Shown one piece after another: positions 9,229 to 18,039 of a DNA stretch of 48,912 bases. A program made the position numbers and the translations under genes. The notes beneath the pieces were generated by a model that was given only the letters and a program-made list of their open reading frames with translations, was not told where the DNA came from and made no database searches. The stretch's first letter is position 1; each line of letters begins with the position of its first letter. Origin of the DNA: a virus (Duplodnaviria > Caudoviricetes); IMG/VR virus record IMGVR_UViG_3300043633_000063, positions 1-48,912 of that record. One strand, given 5' to 3'.

Positions 9229-9741
9229 TCACGTGCCCGGGATCGGCGGACCGATCGGGCCAAAGGGCGAGTTGTGGCCGTGAGTGCCGGCGCCGAACGT
9301 GCCGAGCGGGGTTGTCGCCACGACATTGCCCGCGGCATCGATGCTGAGGCCGCCGTGCGCGTTGCTCAGCTCGATCGCCCCGTCGGGCCCGAGCACGGCC
9401 GAGGCCTGCGGCGCGGTGAGCGTGATCGAGCCGTCGCCTTTCAGCCACACCTCGGCCATGACCGAGCCATCCGCCGCGCGCGAGTAGAGCCGATGCTCCC
9501 CACCGGATGCGATGCCCGGGTTTTTCGTGTCCTGATAACCGAGGGCCTGCGCGTTGCCCCGGCCGACGTCGTCGCCGAGGTAGCCCACGTCGCCGGGCAG
9601 CGGGGGCGCATCGGTGCCCGGGGGCGCGAAGTGCCCCCCCGTCGAGGTGTCCGCATCGCCCGGATCGAATTTGACCTCGGGCGTGGGTACGCCCTGATCG
9701 CTCGAGCGCAGGAACTCGACGACCGTTGCTAGGAATCCCAT
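9229..9741 (-). CDS. Baseplate spike, Mu gp45/P2 gpV-like
   Basis: PPGTDAPPLPGD; GEHRLYS; C-terminal beta-helix-like region with THGH (HxH metal site). Confidence 0.8.
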   Translation of the reverse strand: MGFLATVVEFLRSSDQGVPTPEVKFDPGDADTSTGGHFAPPGTDAPPLPGDVGYLGDDVGRGNAQALGYQDTKNPGIASGGEHRLYSRAADGSVMAEVWLKGDGSITLTAPQASAVLGPDGAIELSNAHGGLSIDAAGNVVATTPLGTFGAGTHGHNSPFGPIGPPIPGT

Positions 9742-10775
9742 GGGAGTCTTGTCGGTAGCTTCCCGCCGAACGAGCCGGGCAGCACGAGCTCGAGGGTCGC
9801 GGTTTCCACCTCGGCGCGTTGCTTGAACTTGACCGCGCGAATGAGCAGCTCGGTCTCGGAATAGATCATCGCGCCCGGCGCGGTGAGCTGGATCGTCGTG
9901 TTGGGTTTCCAGAGCGCGCCGGACGGGTCGCGCCACGTCGGCAGGTCCTCGACGGTATACGTCGCCGAGCTCGCCACCATTCGCCCCACCATTGCCTTGG
10001 TTGCGCGCGGCACGTCCGCCGATCCGGTGTCGCCGGTGCTCGCGCAGTTGTGCCGCGGAAAGATCGAGCGATAGAGCTCGTTTCGCTGCGTGTATTTGGA
10101 TCCATGCTGCTGCCCGGACCGTTTGCAGGCGCGACCGGTGATGTGTGAGAACCACCGGCCCGGCTGGAATTGCGCCGACACCCTGCCGAGCGGCTGCCCC
10201 TTCAACCGGGCCACGGGCGATCCCGTCGCGCCCTCGCTGCGAAACGCGAGATCACCGCTCGCCGTATCGCTCATCACAAAGCCCCGCTGCAGCGCGAGCT
10301 CGGCGAGGAACCCGTGCAAGTCGTCGTCGGGCTGGCACTTGACGCGCTGGAATTTCGCGCCCGCCTTGCCATCGAGATTGACGACGAGCCCGAGCGAGGA
10401 TCCCGCGAGGCGTTGGGCGATTTGCTTGAGATCGAGCCCATTGAATTCGAGCGGCAGTAGCTCGGGCGCCGCGCAGATTTCGGTCAGCCAAAACGGCGTC
10501 GAGTAGGCGGTCACACAGACCGAGGCCTGCGTCGCGTCGACACTCGGCGAGACGTCTTGCCCCTTGCCGGTCAGAAATAGCTCGTCGCCGATCTCGACCG
10601 TGAGGGCAGGGAACGAGAGCGGCTCGAACGCCGCGCGCATTTCCTTTCGGTCCGGATCGAAGGGTCCCGTGAGCGAGGCGCACCGATAGCTATCGAGCCC
10701 GATCGAAAGCTCGATCTCCGACCACTCGCCGAAACGGCGCCCGTCCTGATGCTTGACCGCGACCGCCTCAGGCAT
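9729..10775 (-). CDS. Baseplate hub, Mu gp44 (P)-like
   Basis: FGEWSEIELSIGLD; WRDPSGALWKPN; LLIRAVKF...TATLELVLPGSF. Confidence 0.88.
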   Translation of the reverse strand: MPEAVAVKHQDGRRFGEWSEIELSIGLDSYRCASLTGPFDPDRKEMRAAFEPLSFPALTVEIGDELFLTGKGQDVSPSVDATQASVCVTAYSTPFWLTEICAAPELLPLEFNGLDLKQIAQRLAGSSLGLVVNLDGKAGAKFQRVKCQPDDDLHGFLAELALQRGFVMSDTASGDLAFRSEGATGSPVARLKGQPLGRVSAQFQPGRWFSHITGRACKRSGQQHGSKYTQRNELYRSIFPRHNCASTGDTGSADVPRATKAMVGRMVASSATYTVEDLPTWRDPSGALWKPNTTIQLTAPGAMIYSETELLIRAVKFKQRAEVETATLELVLPGSFGGKLPTRLPWDS

Positions 10776-12027
10776 AGTAGACGATGCGCCGCCCCCGCTC
10801 GAGCTCGATGATCCCGGAGCCCGTGAGCTTGTTCGTGCTGATCAGAAAGTCGAGCCGGTCGTCGACCGAGCCATAGATCTCGGCGGCGAGCTCGATGATG
10901 TTGCGCGGGCGGTCGAGCACGATCGCCCGCTCGGGAATGAGCGTGAAACTGATCTCGACCAGAAACCCGACGGCGAGCGAGACCGTTTCCTGCAACGCCT
11001 GATAGCCCTCGCCCTGATCGATCTGCGCCTGATCGCCGTAGCGCTCGTCGCTCCAGGTCGTCAGGGCCTCGGCCTGCGCGAGGATTTCCTCGGCCGCGGC
11101 GAGCGCCTCGGGCTTGGCGGTGAACGTGTTCTCGTTCACCGAGCTCACCGAGCCGGTGACCGCGGCCGAGGCCATCAGACTCGCGAGCTGGAAATCGTTC
11201 GAGCGCCGCACGCGCAAGGCCGGGATCACCGAGACATCGGCGGGCGAGGTCGTCGAGGATTTCACCATCCGGTCGAGCAGGTTCGCGTAGGCCTCGAGGC
11301 GCGAGGCAATGCCCGCGAGCGCGCGCGCGGGGGCGCTCGCGAGGTTGATCAGCTGCCGCGCGAGCAAGAGCGGCTGCCCGATGAGCACGTCGAGGCCGAA
11401 ATTGATATCGCTCTGGATCGCGCGGAATTCGCGATTGACGCTATCGGTCGCCGAGGCCACGCGCTGCAGCGAGGCCTGTACGTTTTTCAGAACCTGCCGC
11501 ACCGAGAGTTTGGCCGCTTGCCGGCGCGCCTCGGTGTCGAGCTTCATTCCTTTGGAGAAAGCGTGCGAGAGTTTCTCGCTCGTCTTGCTCATCGATTGGA
11601 TGAGCTCGCCCTTGGGACTGAAACCGCTCGAGGGATAGATCGCCCCGAGCGTGCTCCAGAACGTGACCTCGATGATGCTCTGATTGGCGGCGTTGAGCAG
11701 GTCGTCGCGGCGGGTGATCGTGCCGTAGGGCACGACGTTTTTCTTTCCGTAGAGCGGATGTTCGAGCTTGCCCGAGCCGCGCTCGAGCAGCAGGCCCTCG
11801 AACGCCTCGGCCGCTTTGTCGCAATCGGCGCCGGTGAAAATGCAGCGCAGGGGAAAGCGCCGGTCGCTTTGCCCGTTGTCCTGCAAGTAGGTGCCATCGA
11901 TGCCCGGGAACTGGAATGTCGCGGTCCGCTTGTCTACTTCCTTGGACACGTCCTCGTAGAGGAACGTTTGCCGCGTGCCCGAGGGCGAGGTGTAGGCCGC
12001 CTCGGCGAGGCGGTCCGCCCAGGTCAG
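10768..12027 (-). CDS. DNA circularization N-terminal domain protein (Mu gp43/N-like); probable CTG start
   Basis: WADRLAEAAYTSPSG, F.FPG.DG.YLQDNG and GKLEHPLYG motifs; C-terminal LysM-like IIELAAEIYG; the frame is open back to CTG at 12027. Confidence 0.85.
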   Translation of the reverse strand: MTWADRLAEAAYTSPSGTRQTFLYEDVSKEVDKRTATFQFPGIDGTYLQDNGQSDRRFPLRCIFTGADCDKAAEAFEGLLLERGSGKLEHPLYGKKNVVPYGTITRRDDLLNAANQSIIEVTFWSTLGAIYPSSGFSPKGELIQSMSKTSEKLSHAFSKGMKLDTEARRQAAKLSVRQVLKNVQASLQRVASATDSVNREFRAIQSDINFGLDVLIGQPLLLARQLINLASAPARALAGIASRLEAYANLLDRMVKSSTTSPADVSVIPALRVRRSNDFQLASLMASAAVTGSVSSVNENTFTAKPEALAAAEEILAQAEALTTWSDERYGDQAQIDQGEGYQALQETVSLAVGFLVEISFTLIPERAIVLDRPRNIIELAAEIYGSVDDRLDFLISTNKLTGSGIIELERGRRIVYYA

Positions 12028-14291
12028 AACGCCCCCGAGGGTTGCACGCGCAGCGGCACCGAGCTCGGCTTGCTCTGCACCGTCGCCTTGGTTCCGGGCG
12101 CCGCCGCGACGGTGATCTTCCCATCGACACTCGCGCTCGCGTTGGCCTCGGCCAGCTCGCTCGCGGCGCGGGCCTGCGGGGAAACGATCTGCGGCGCCTC
12201 GCGCGCGGCGCGATCTTTCTTCGCCTGCTCGTTCATTGCCGCGTCATGCGCCGCGAACGGATCGAGCGTACCCATCTCGACCATTTTGCCGACCGTGCCC
12301 ATGATGCCGCCCGAGCCCGACAACGATTTGTCGAGCGCGCTCCACTGGTCCCACGCGGCTTTCAGGGCCAGCACCGCCGCGAGCGCGGCACCCATGGTCA
12401 GCACGAACGGCGCTAGCGCTGCAGCCTGCGCGGCGATCGCCGGTACCGTCGCCAGGGTCGCCGCGCGGAATGCCGCGAGCGCGCCCGAGGTCACCCCAAG
12501 CACGCCGGCGTAGACTCCCTGCGCTGCGGTCGCGATCACGGTCGCGGCTTGGGATGCGAGCTGGGCGACCTTGCCCGCGACGGTGGCCACCGTGACGCGC
12601 CCCGTCACGAGCGCGACCGCCGTTTGCGCCGCCTCGTACAGCCACGTCGCGGCCGTGACGGCCGCCGTCGCCACGCGCGAGGCGTACTGCGCGACCTTGC
12701 TCGCAATCGATGCCGTCGTGAATCGCATCGTGCCGAGGCGCCCGACGGTGATCGCCGCGTTGTACAGCCACGTCGCCGCGGTGACCGCGCCCGTCGCCGT
12801 AGCGGAGGCGAGCTGCGCGACCTTGAGGGCGACGATCTCGGCGACGAGCTGGACATTGAAGAGCAAGCTCGACTCGGTCGCGGCGTTCCACAGCCACGTC
12901 GCGCCGGCGGCGAGTTTGGCGACGACCTCGAACCCCATCACCGCCACGTTGAGCGCCTTGATCCCTGCGGCAAATACCAGGAACCCGGCAAAGGCCTTGG
13001 CGAGCTTGACCGTCCAGCTCCAGATCGCGGGCAGGTTGTCGCGCAGGGCCGTGATCCATTCGGCGGCTTTGCTCTTGATGAGCTCGCGGTTTTCCGTGAC
13101 CCAATCGCTCGTCGCCTTGATGATGTCGAGCAGCACCGGGCGGATCGCGGTGAAGACGTCGAGCTTGACGCCGTCGACTAGCGACGAGAAATTGCGCAAC
13201 GCCCCGAGCGTGTCGGCGCTGAGGAGCTTCGCCATTCCTTCGGTCGTGCCGCCCGCGTGCTCGAGGCTCTTTTGAAATTCCTGGATCGAGCCCGCGCCCG
13301 CATCCATCAGCGCGATAAAGGGCCCGACGGTGCGCGCGCCAAACACGTTCCCGAGGGCTGCGATCTTCTGCGCCTTGGTCATTTTCGCGGTTGCCTTGGC
13401 GAATCGCGAGACGGTGGCGGTCATGTCGATCGCGCCCTCCTTTGTCTTGGCGAGCTTGACCCCGAGCGCCTGCATGCCCTTGCGCGCGGCGGTGCTCGGG
13501 GCGCCCAGCTCCAGGTACATGTTACGGATCGCGGTGCCCGCCTCGCCGCCCTTGACGCCGACGCCGGCGAGCACCTCGGTGTAGCCGATGAATTGCTCGA
13601 GCGAGGCGCCCGACGTCTTGGCGATCGGGCCACCCATTTTCACCGCGTCGAATAGTTCCTCGACGTTCGTGGTCGAGTCGGCCGCGGCGCGCGTGAGAAC
13701 ATCCATCACGCGCGACATGTTCGCGGCATTTTTCGCCGCGTTTTTCGACGTGAGGCCGAACGCTCCCATCGAGTCGTTGGCAATGTCGCTTGCGCGCGCG
13801 AACTCGACTTTGCTCGCGGTCGCGAACTTGACGACTTTGGGCAACGCGGCGATCGCGGCCTCGGCGGAAAGGCCCGCGGTCGCCAGCAAGGTCAGGCCCT
13901 CGGCTGCGTCTTGCGATGAGAACTCGGTTTCGTCGCCGACCTTTCGCGCGGCCGCGCTGAGGTTGTCGAATTCCTTGGTCCCTTGCTTGATCATCCCCGG
14001 GAACTGAGCCGCGGCAAACACCATCGTGCGCTCGAAATTCGCGCCCTCATCGATGGTATCGCGCAGCGCCAGGCCGAGGCCCGCAACGCTCACCGCGCCA
14101 GCGATCCCGATCGCGTTGCTGAACTTGCCCATGCCGGCGATCCCTTTGTCGACGGCCATGTTCGCGCCCTTCAAGGCGCTGCCCGCTCCTTTGCCGAGGG
14201 TGCCCAGCTTCGTTTTGATCTTGGCGATCGGCGCGCTGATCTTGTCCAGCGCGCTGAATACCGCCTCGATCGAGAATTTCTTACCGGCCAT
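12024..14291 (-). CDS. Tape measure protein (TP901-like)
   Basis: Ala-rich 755 aa; TEFSSQDAAEG...GVKGGEAGTAIRN; C-terminal ATWL(W/Y) repeats. Confidence 0.93.
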   Translation of the reverse strand: MAGKKFSIEAVFSALDKISAPIAKIKTKLGTLGKGAGSALKGANMAVDKGIAGMGKFSNAIGIAGAVSVAGLGLALRDTIDEGANFERTMVFAAAQFPGMIKQGTKEFDNLSAAARKVGDETEFSSQDAAEGLTLLATAGLSAEAAIAALPKVVKFATASKVEFARASDIANDSMGAFGLTSKNAAKNAANMSRVMDVLTRAAADSTTNVEELFDAVKMGGPIAKTSGASLEQFIGYTEVLAGVGVKGGEAGTAIRNMYLELGAPSTAARKGMQALGVKLAKTKEGAIDMTATVSRFAKATAKMTKAQKIAALGNVFGARTVGPFIALMDAGAGSIQEFQKSLEHAGGTTEGMAKLLSADTLGALRNFSSLVDGVKLDVFTAIRPVLLDIIKATSDWVTENRELIKSKAAEWITALRDNLPAIWSWTVKLAKAFAGFLVFAAGIKALNVAVMGFEVVAKLAAGATWLWNAATESSLLFNVQLVAEIVALKVAQLASATATGAVTAATWLYNAAITVGRLGTMRFTTASIASKVAQYASRVATAAVTAATWLYEAAQTAVALVTGRVTVATVAGKVAQLASQAATVIATAAQGVYAGVLGVTSGALAAFRAATLATVPAIAAQAAALAPFVLTMGAALAAVLALKAAWDQWSALDKSLSGSGGIMGTVGKMVEMGTLDPFAAHDAAMNEQAKKDRAAREAPQIVSPQARAASELAEANASASVDGKITVAAAPGTKATVQSKPSSVPLRVQPSGAF

Positions 14292-14508
14292 TTTTCTTTG
14301 TCTTGCGGGGGCGGGTGGGCAGCGGCTCCGTCGTCGGGCGCGTGTGCTTGGTCAGCTCGGGGCGCAGGCCCTCGTAAAAGAACACGAGCTCACCGATCGA
14401 CAGAGTGCGGACGTCGGGCAGCCCGGCGTAGTCTCGCGCGCACTGCAGCATCATTTCCCGGTAGGTGGCCCGTGCGCTCGGCAGCTGCGCGTCGGCGCCG
14501 TTGCGCAC
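14281..14508 (-). CDS. Tail assembly chaperone, gpT-like part (reached by -1 frameshift)
   Basis: MMLQCARDYAGLPDVRTLSIGELVFFYEG; frame is open from the slippery site at 14533-14539. Confidence 0.75.
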   Translation of the reverse strand: MRNGADAQLPSARATYREMMLQCARDYAGLPDVRTLSIGELVFFYEGLRPELTKHTRPTTEPLPTRPRKTKKNGR

Positions 14509-14519
14509 GATTCGGTCGA

Positions 14520-14927
14520 CTACCGGGGCGCCAAAAAAAGCTGAGCGATCCGGTTGCAGCCGTGGAAATCGCTCGCTTCCAATTTCGATAGCTCGCCCTG
14601 CCCGATGCCGGTCATTTCACCGATCGCTGCCATCGTGTTGGAGACGTCTTTGCCTTTGCCGTACGTCTCGAGAGCGATGAATGTGGCGGTCGTGGCTCGG
14701 TTGAATTTGAGCGCCTTTCCCTCTTGCGTCGTCCAGATGGGACGGCCCTCGGGATCGATCATGACCTTGCCGCGGCAGATGTCTCGAACGATGGCCGCGC
14801 GCGCCGAGCGCCACTCGGCGAGCTCGTCTTTCGTGAAAATGCTCTCGTCCTCATCGATGCGATTCGCTGCGCACAGGCGCGAGAACTCCGCGGAGGCGAC
14901 CTCCTCCGCTACTTTCGGTGCTGTCAT
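14520..14927 (-). CDS. Tail assembly chaperone, gpG-like
   Basis: Lies between the tube and tape measure genes; ends ...AQLFLAPR across the slippery T TTT TTG. Confidence 0.8.
   Translation of the reverse strand: MTAPKVAEEVASAEFSRLCAANRIDEDESIFTKDELAEWRSARAAIVRDICRGKVMIDPEGRPIWTTQEGKALKFNRATTATFIALETYGKGKDVSNTMAAIGEMTGIGQGELSKLEASDFHGCNRIAQLFLAPR
14532..14540 (-). other. Programmed -1 ribosomal frameshift slippery site
   Basis: Minus strand reads CTT TTT TTG (X XXY YYZ pattern); the -1 frame continues FGAPVVDRIVRNGADAQ into ORF 14281-14508. Confidence 0.85.
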
Positions 14928-15042
14928 GATTTGCCCATTTCTCCCGGTAGATTGAAGCGGTTTTGGTGAGTCCCGCAAACTCAGCCGCACGTCAGTCGTT
15001 GCATGCGACGACGCACCGCCCTCGGCCTGGGCTCCGGATCCT

Positions 15043-15426
15043 TTACTGCGACTCGAGCTTGCCGGGTCCGCCGACCTTGATCGTCGCGGTCGTGTTCTGC
15101 GAGCTCACCTGAATCTCATCGGTGATGGTGCCCGTGCCGGCGTAGACGGTGCCATCGGCGAGCTCGAGCTCGATCGAGACGAAATCCAGGCTGTCCGCGA
15201 CTTCCTGCAAGAATTCTTGCGAGCCGGCGCTGTTGTTGATCTCCACCTGGAGGCCGTCGATCGCCCAGGGCACTCGCGTCATGATCTTGCGCGCGGTGCC
15301 GTCGCCGTTGGCTTGCACCTCGTTCTCGAAACCGCCGAGCTTTTTATTCGCCTCGGCATCCGAGGCGACGGGGAAAATGCGACCACGGATCGTGATCGAC
15401 TGGATGGATCCTCCTACTGCGGGCAT
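15043..15426 (-). CDS. Tail tube protein
   Basis: 127 aa directly after the sheath gene; ELADGTVYAGTG. Confidence 0.8.
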   Translation of the reverse strand: MPAVGGSIQSITIRGRIFPVASDAEANKKLGGFENEVQANGDGTARKIMTRVPWAIDGLQVEINNSAGSQEFLQEVADSLDFVSIELELADGTVYAGTGTITDEIQVSSQNTTATIKVGGPGKLESQ

Positions 15427-15472
15427 GGCTGCTGCTCCTTATTTCTGCGGGGTTTGTCAGGCGGCGAGGTTC

Positions 15473-16963
15473 TCAGGCGGCCGCGGCCTGCCCGAAGAAA
15501 AAGCCGAAATTGAGATCGACCGAGGTGATCTCGGTGTTGCCCGAAAGCTGGACGGTCGTGCTCACGTCGAGGCGCTTGGGATTGCCCGAGTTGATGTTCG
15601 CCGTTGTCGTCTTCTTTGCCGTCGTGGGATCGCTGATGATCGCCTCGAGCCCGAGGCCGTCCAGGATGCGATTGACGGCCGCCTTTGCCGAGCTCGGCTT
15701 GCGCGCCTTGGGATTGACCGTCGGTTGCCCGTCGGGAATGAGCGGCGCCGAGGCCCACTCGGGCTGGGTAAATTCCAGATCGAGGTTGTAGATCACCGTC
15801 ATGATTTTCATGATGTCCACGACGTAGCGATACGCCGGCGGGATTTCCCCGTCCGGGTGGTAGAAAGTGACGACGTCGCTGATGTTGACGACGCCGTTTT
15901 TCAGCTCGGTCGTCGAGCTGCCCGCCTTCACCGCAGCGTCGCGCGTGGCGTAGTCCCATTGCGCCGAGTCGGCGGGCGGTACCAGGGTTTTCACGGGCCG
16001 CGCGCCGTAGCCCGTCGGCGGGTTGTCGTCGGCGACTTTGGCGATCTCGCGCACGTGCGCGGCCGCGATCTGCACGGGCAAGTGCACCGAGCCCGGGGAA
16101 ACGACCTGGCAATTGATGCGATCGGTTTTGCGCGAGGCGGGCGTCGCCGTCGCGGTCGCGAGCACTGCCTCATCATTGCCGCAGATCGCCACGAACGGGC
16201 GTCGCACTTGCTGATCCCACCGCGCCTCGCCCTTGACCTGGATCGCATCGAGGACCGTCGTATTCGTGCCGTGGAACGAATTGACCAGCAGCGTGATCCA
16301 TTGGCCATTGATGCCCGCGAGCGCCGAGGTGACGACGGGATCGGTCGCGCCGGCGGCGGGGTTGACGACGGTGTACAAGCTGCCGAGCGCGGGATTCAGG
16401 TTCGCGTCGAGGATCTCGACCTTGATTTCGTTGCCCGTCGCGCCCTTCCATTTGGCCGTCGTCGTGACGTTCGTCGTGTTGTTCGCGGCGATGATCGGAA
16501 TTTGTAGGATCGCGTTGATTGCGGCCACGAACGAGGCGACCTGTACGGCCACGCTATCGGCGGCGACGACGGCGATCGGCGCGCTCAGAATGCCGCTCAC
16601 GCGCGCATAGAACGTCGCGGTCGCGGGCGCGGCGCCCGCGGGGGTGATCGTGCCCGCCGCGGCCGTGCCCGCGCCGTTGTCGTTCAGCGGCAGGACCCAA
16701 ACGGGGATGCTGCCGACGCCACCGCCCCCCGGCGGAAATAGCTCGAGCGCCGCCAAGTGAATGGGCGAGCCGAACCCATAGATCGTTGCGTCGGCGGCGC
16801 TCGTGATCTGCCGCGGTAGCAGCGAGTAGCCTACCGCGGCGGTCGTGCCCTGCGCGAGGATCGCGATCTGCTGCGGCAGCGATTGCGCGGCGCTGCCGCG
16901 GAGGTTTTTGAAATGAGTGTCGATGCCGACGACGCGAGCGACGGCCGATGCGGTTACTGCCAT
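15473..16963 (-). CDS. Contractile tail sheath protein
   Basis: YGFGSPIHLAA; TAKWKGATGNEI; DVVTFYHPDGE; Mu gpL-like size and motifs. Confidence 0.92.
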   Translation of the reverse strand: MAVTASAVARVVGIDTHFKNLRGSAAQSLPQQIAILAQGTTAAVGYSLLPRQITSAADATIYGFGSPIHLAALELFPPGGGGVGSIPVWVLPLNDNGAGTAAAGTITPAGAAPATATFYARVSGILSAPIAVVAADSVAVQVASFVAAINAILQIPIIAANNTTNVTTTAKWKGATGNEIKVEILDANLNPALGSLYTVVNPAAGATDPVVTSALAGINGQWITLLVNSFHGTNTTVLDAIQVKGEARWDQQVRRPFVAICGNDEAVLATATATPASRKTDRINCQVVSPGSVHLPVQIAAAHVREIAKVADDNPPTGYGARPVKTLVPPADSAQWDYATRDAAVKAGSSTTELKNGVVNISDVVTFYHPDGEIPPAYRYVVDIMKIMTVIYNLDLEFTQPEWASAPLIPDGQPTVNPKARKPSSAKAAVNRILDGLGLEAIISDPTTAKKTTTANINSGNPKRLDVSTTVQLSGNTEITSVDLNFGFFFGQAAAA

Positions 16964-16976
16964 GTGAGGTGTTTTC

Positions 16977-17639
16977 CTAGGGGCTGGGGGGGTTGGGGTA
17001 TTGCGCGCGGAGGAGCAGCTCGCCCGTCTCTTTGCGGAGAATGTCGACCATCAGGGTCTCGAGCACCTCGCCCACGACCTGCGGCGAGAATTCGTTGAAA
17101 TGCACCTGGAGGGCCAGGCGCGCCGCGACGACCCGCACCGCGGCACGGTTGTCGACCTGCGGCTGAAACAGGCTGATCGTTTGCGGGAACCTTTTCCAGA
17201 CGAGACCGCGCAGCCCGAGATAGGTATAGGCGCCGGCCATCAGGATATTACGCGCGAGGCGCACCGCGCGTTGTGCCTCGCGCGCGGCCTGCTCGTCGCC
17301 GGGCAGGTGTCCGGCGCCCACGACGTCCGAGCTCGTGCCGACGCCATAGCAATCGATGTTGTAAACGGTCTCGCTTTTTTGGCGCTCGACGACGTTGCTT
17401 TGCGCCTCCTCAAACGTCGAGCTATCCCACCACACATTGATGATGGGTTGCACCGCGGGCAGCTCGGGCACGAGGAATTGCCCCCATGGGTTGCTGCGCT
17501 CGATGAATACGCTCGGCTGTGGCTGCCCCGTGAGCAGCCCTTGGTTTGCGAGCTCGACCGTGAGGATCGCCGCGATCTGATCGCGGATGATTTCCGCGTT
17601 GTCGATCTTGTCGATGATCTCGGTGATGAGCGCAGGCAT
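16977..17639 (-). CDS. Putative tail terminator/completion protein
   Basis: ATG at 17639 (MPALITEIIDK); position immediately upstream of the sheath. Confidence 0.6.
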   Translation of the reverse strand: MPALITEIIDKIDNAEIIRDQIAAILTVELANQGLLTGQPQPSVFIERSNPWGQFLVPELPAVQPIINVWWDSSTFEEAQSNVVERQKSETVYNIDCYGVGTSSDVVGAGHLPGDEQAAREAQRAVRLARNILMAGAYTYLGLRGLVWKRFPQTISLFQPQVDNRAAVRVVAARLALQVHFNEFSPQVVGEVLETLMVDILRKETGELLLRAQYPNPPSP

Positions 17640-17640
17640 T

Positions 17641-18027
17641 TCAGCTCGCGGGTTCGGTGACCGTGATCGTTCCGGCGTTGACGGTTTGCCCGACGCTGAT
17701 GCCATCGGTGGCGGTGATGGGACCGCTCAAATGCACCGCGTTGTCGCGCCCGATGATCTGATAGTTGTCGGGCACCGAGGCGGTACCGCCGACGGCCACC
17801 GCGCTCGAGGAGGTGTAGTTCAGCGTCGCCGATCCATCGACGCTGCCGCCGGTATAGGGCGTGCTGGCGTTGAGGGGAAAGTCGACCAACGTGGTCGAGC
17901 CGTTGCGGATCCGGAGCAGCGGGTTCGCGATGCTGGGCGATGCGGTGAGCGTGGTATTGAACGAGAGAACCTCGTTCTCGCGCGCAGCGTTCGAGACGAG
18001 CGTCGGGTTACCGAGTGTGTTGGCCAT
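17641..18027 (-). CDS. Putative virion structural (collar/appendage) protein
   Basis: Small, Thr/Ser-rich and beta-rich; lies in the neck region. Confidence 0.6.
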   Translation of the reverse strand: MANTLGNPTLVSNAARENEVLSFNTTLTASPSIANPLLRIRNGSTTLVDFPLNASTPYTGGSVDGSATLNYTSSSAVAVGGTASVPDNYQIIGRDNAVHLSGPITATDGISVGQTVNAGTITVTEPAS

Positions 18028-18039
18028 GGCATTTCGCTT

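Noticed and set aside
12550-12910. ATWL(Y/W) 40-aa repeats
   Set aside because: Ordinary tape-measure periodicity
14955-15020. Hammerhead ribozyme
   Set aside because: Lacks the CUGANGA and GAAA core
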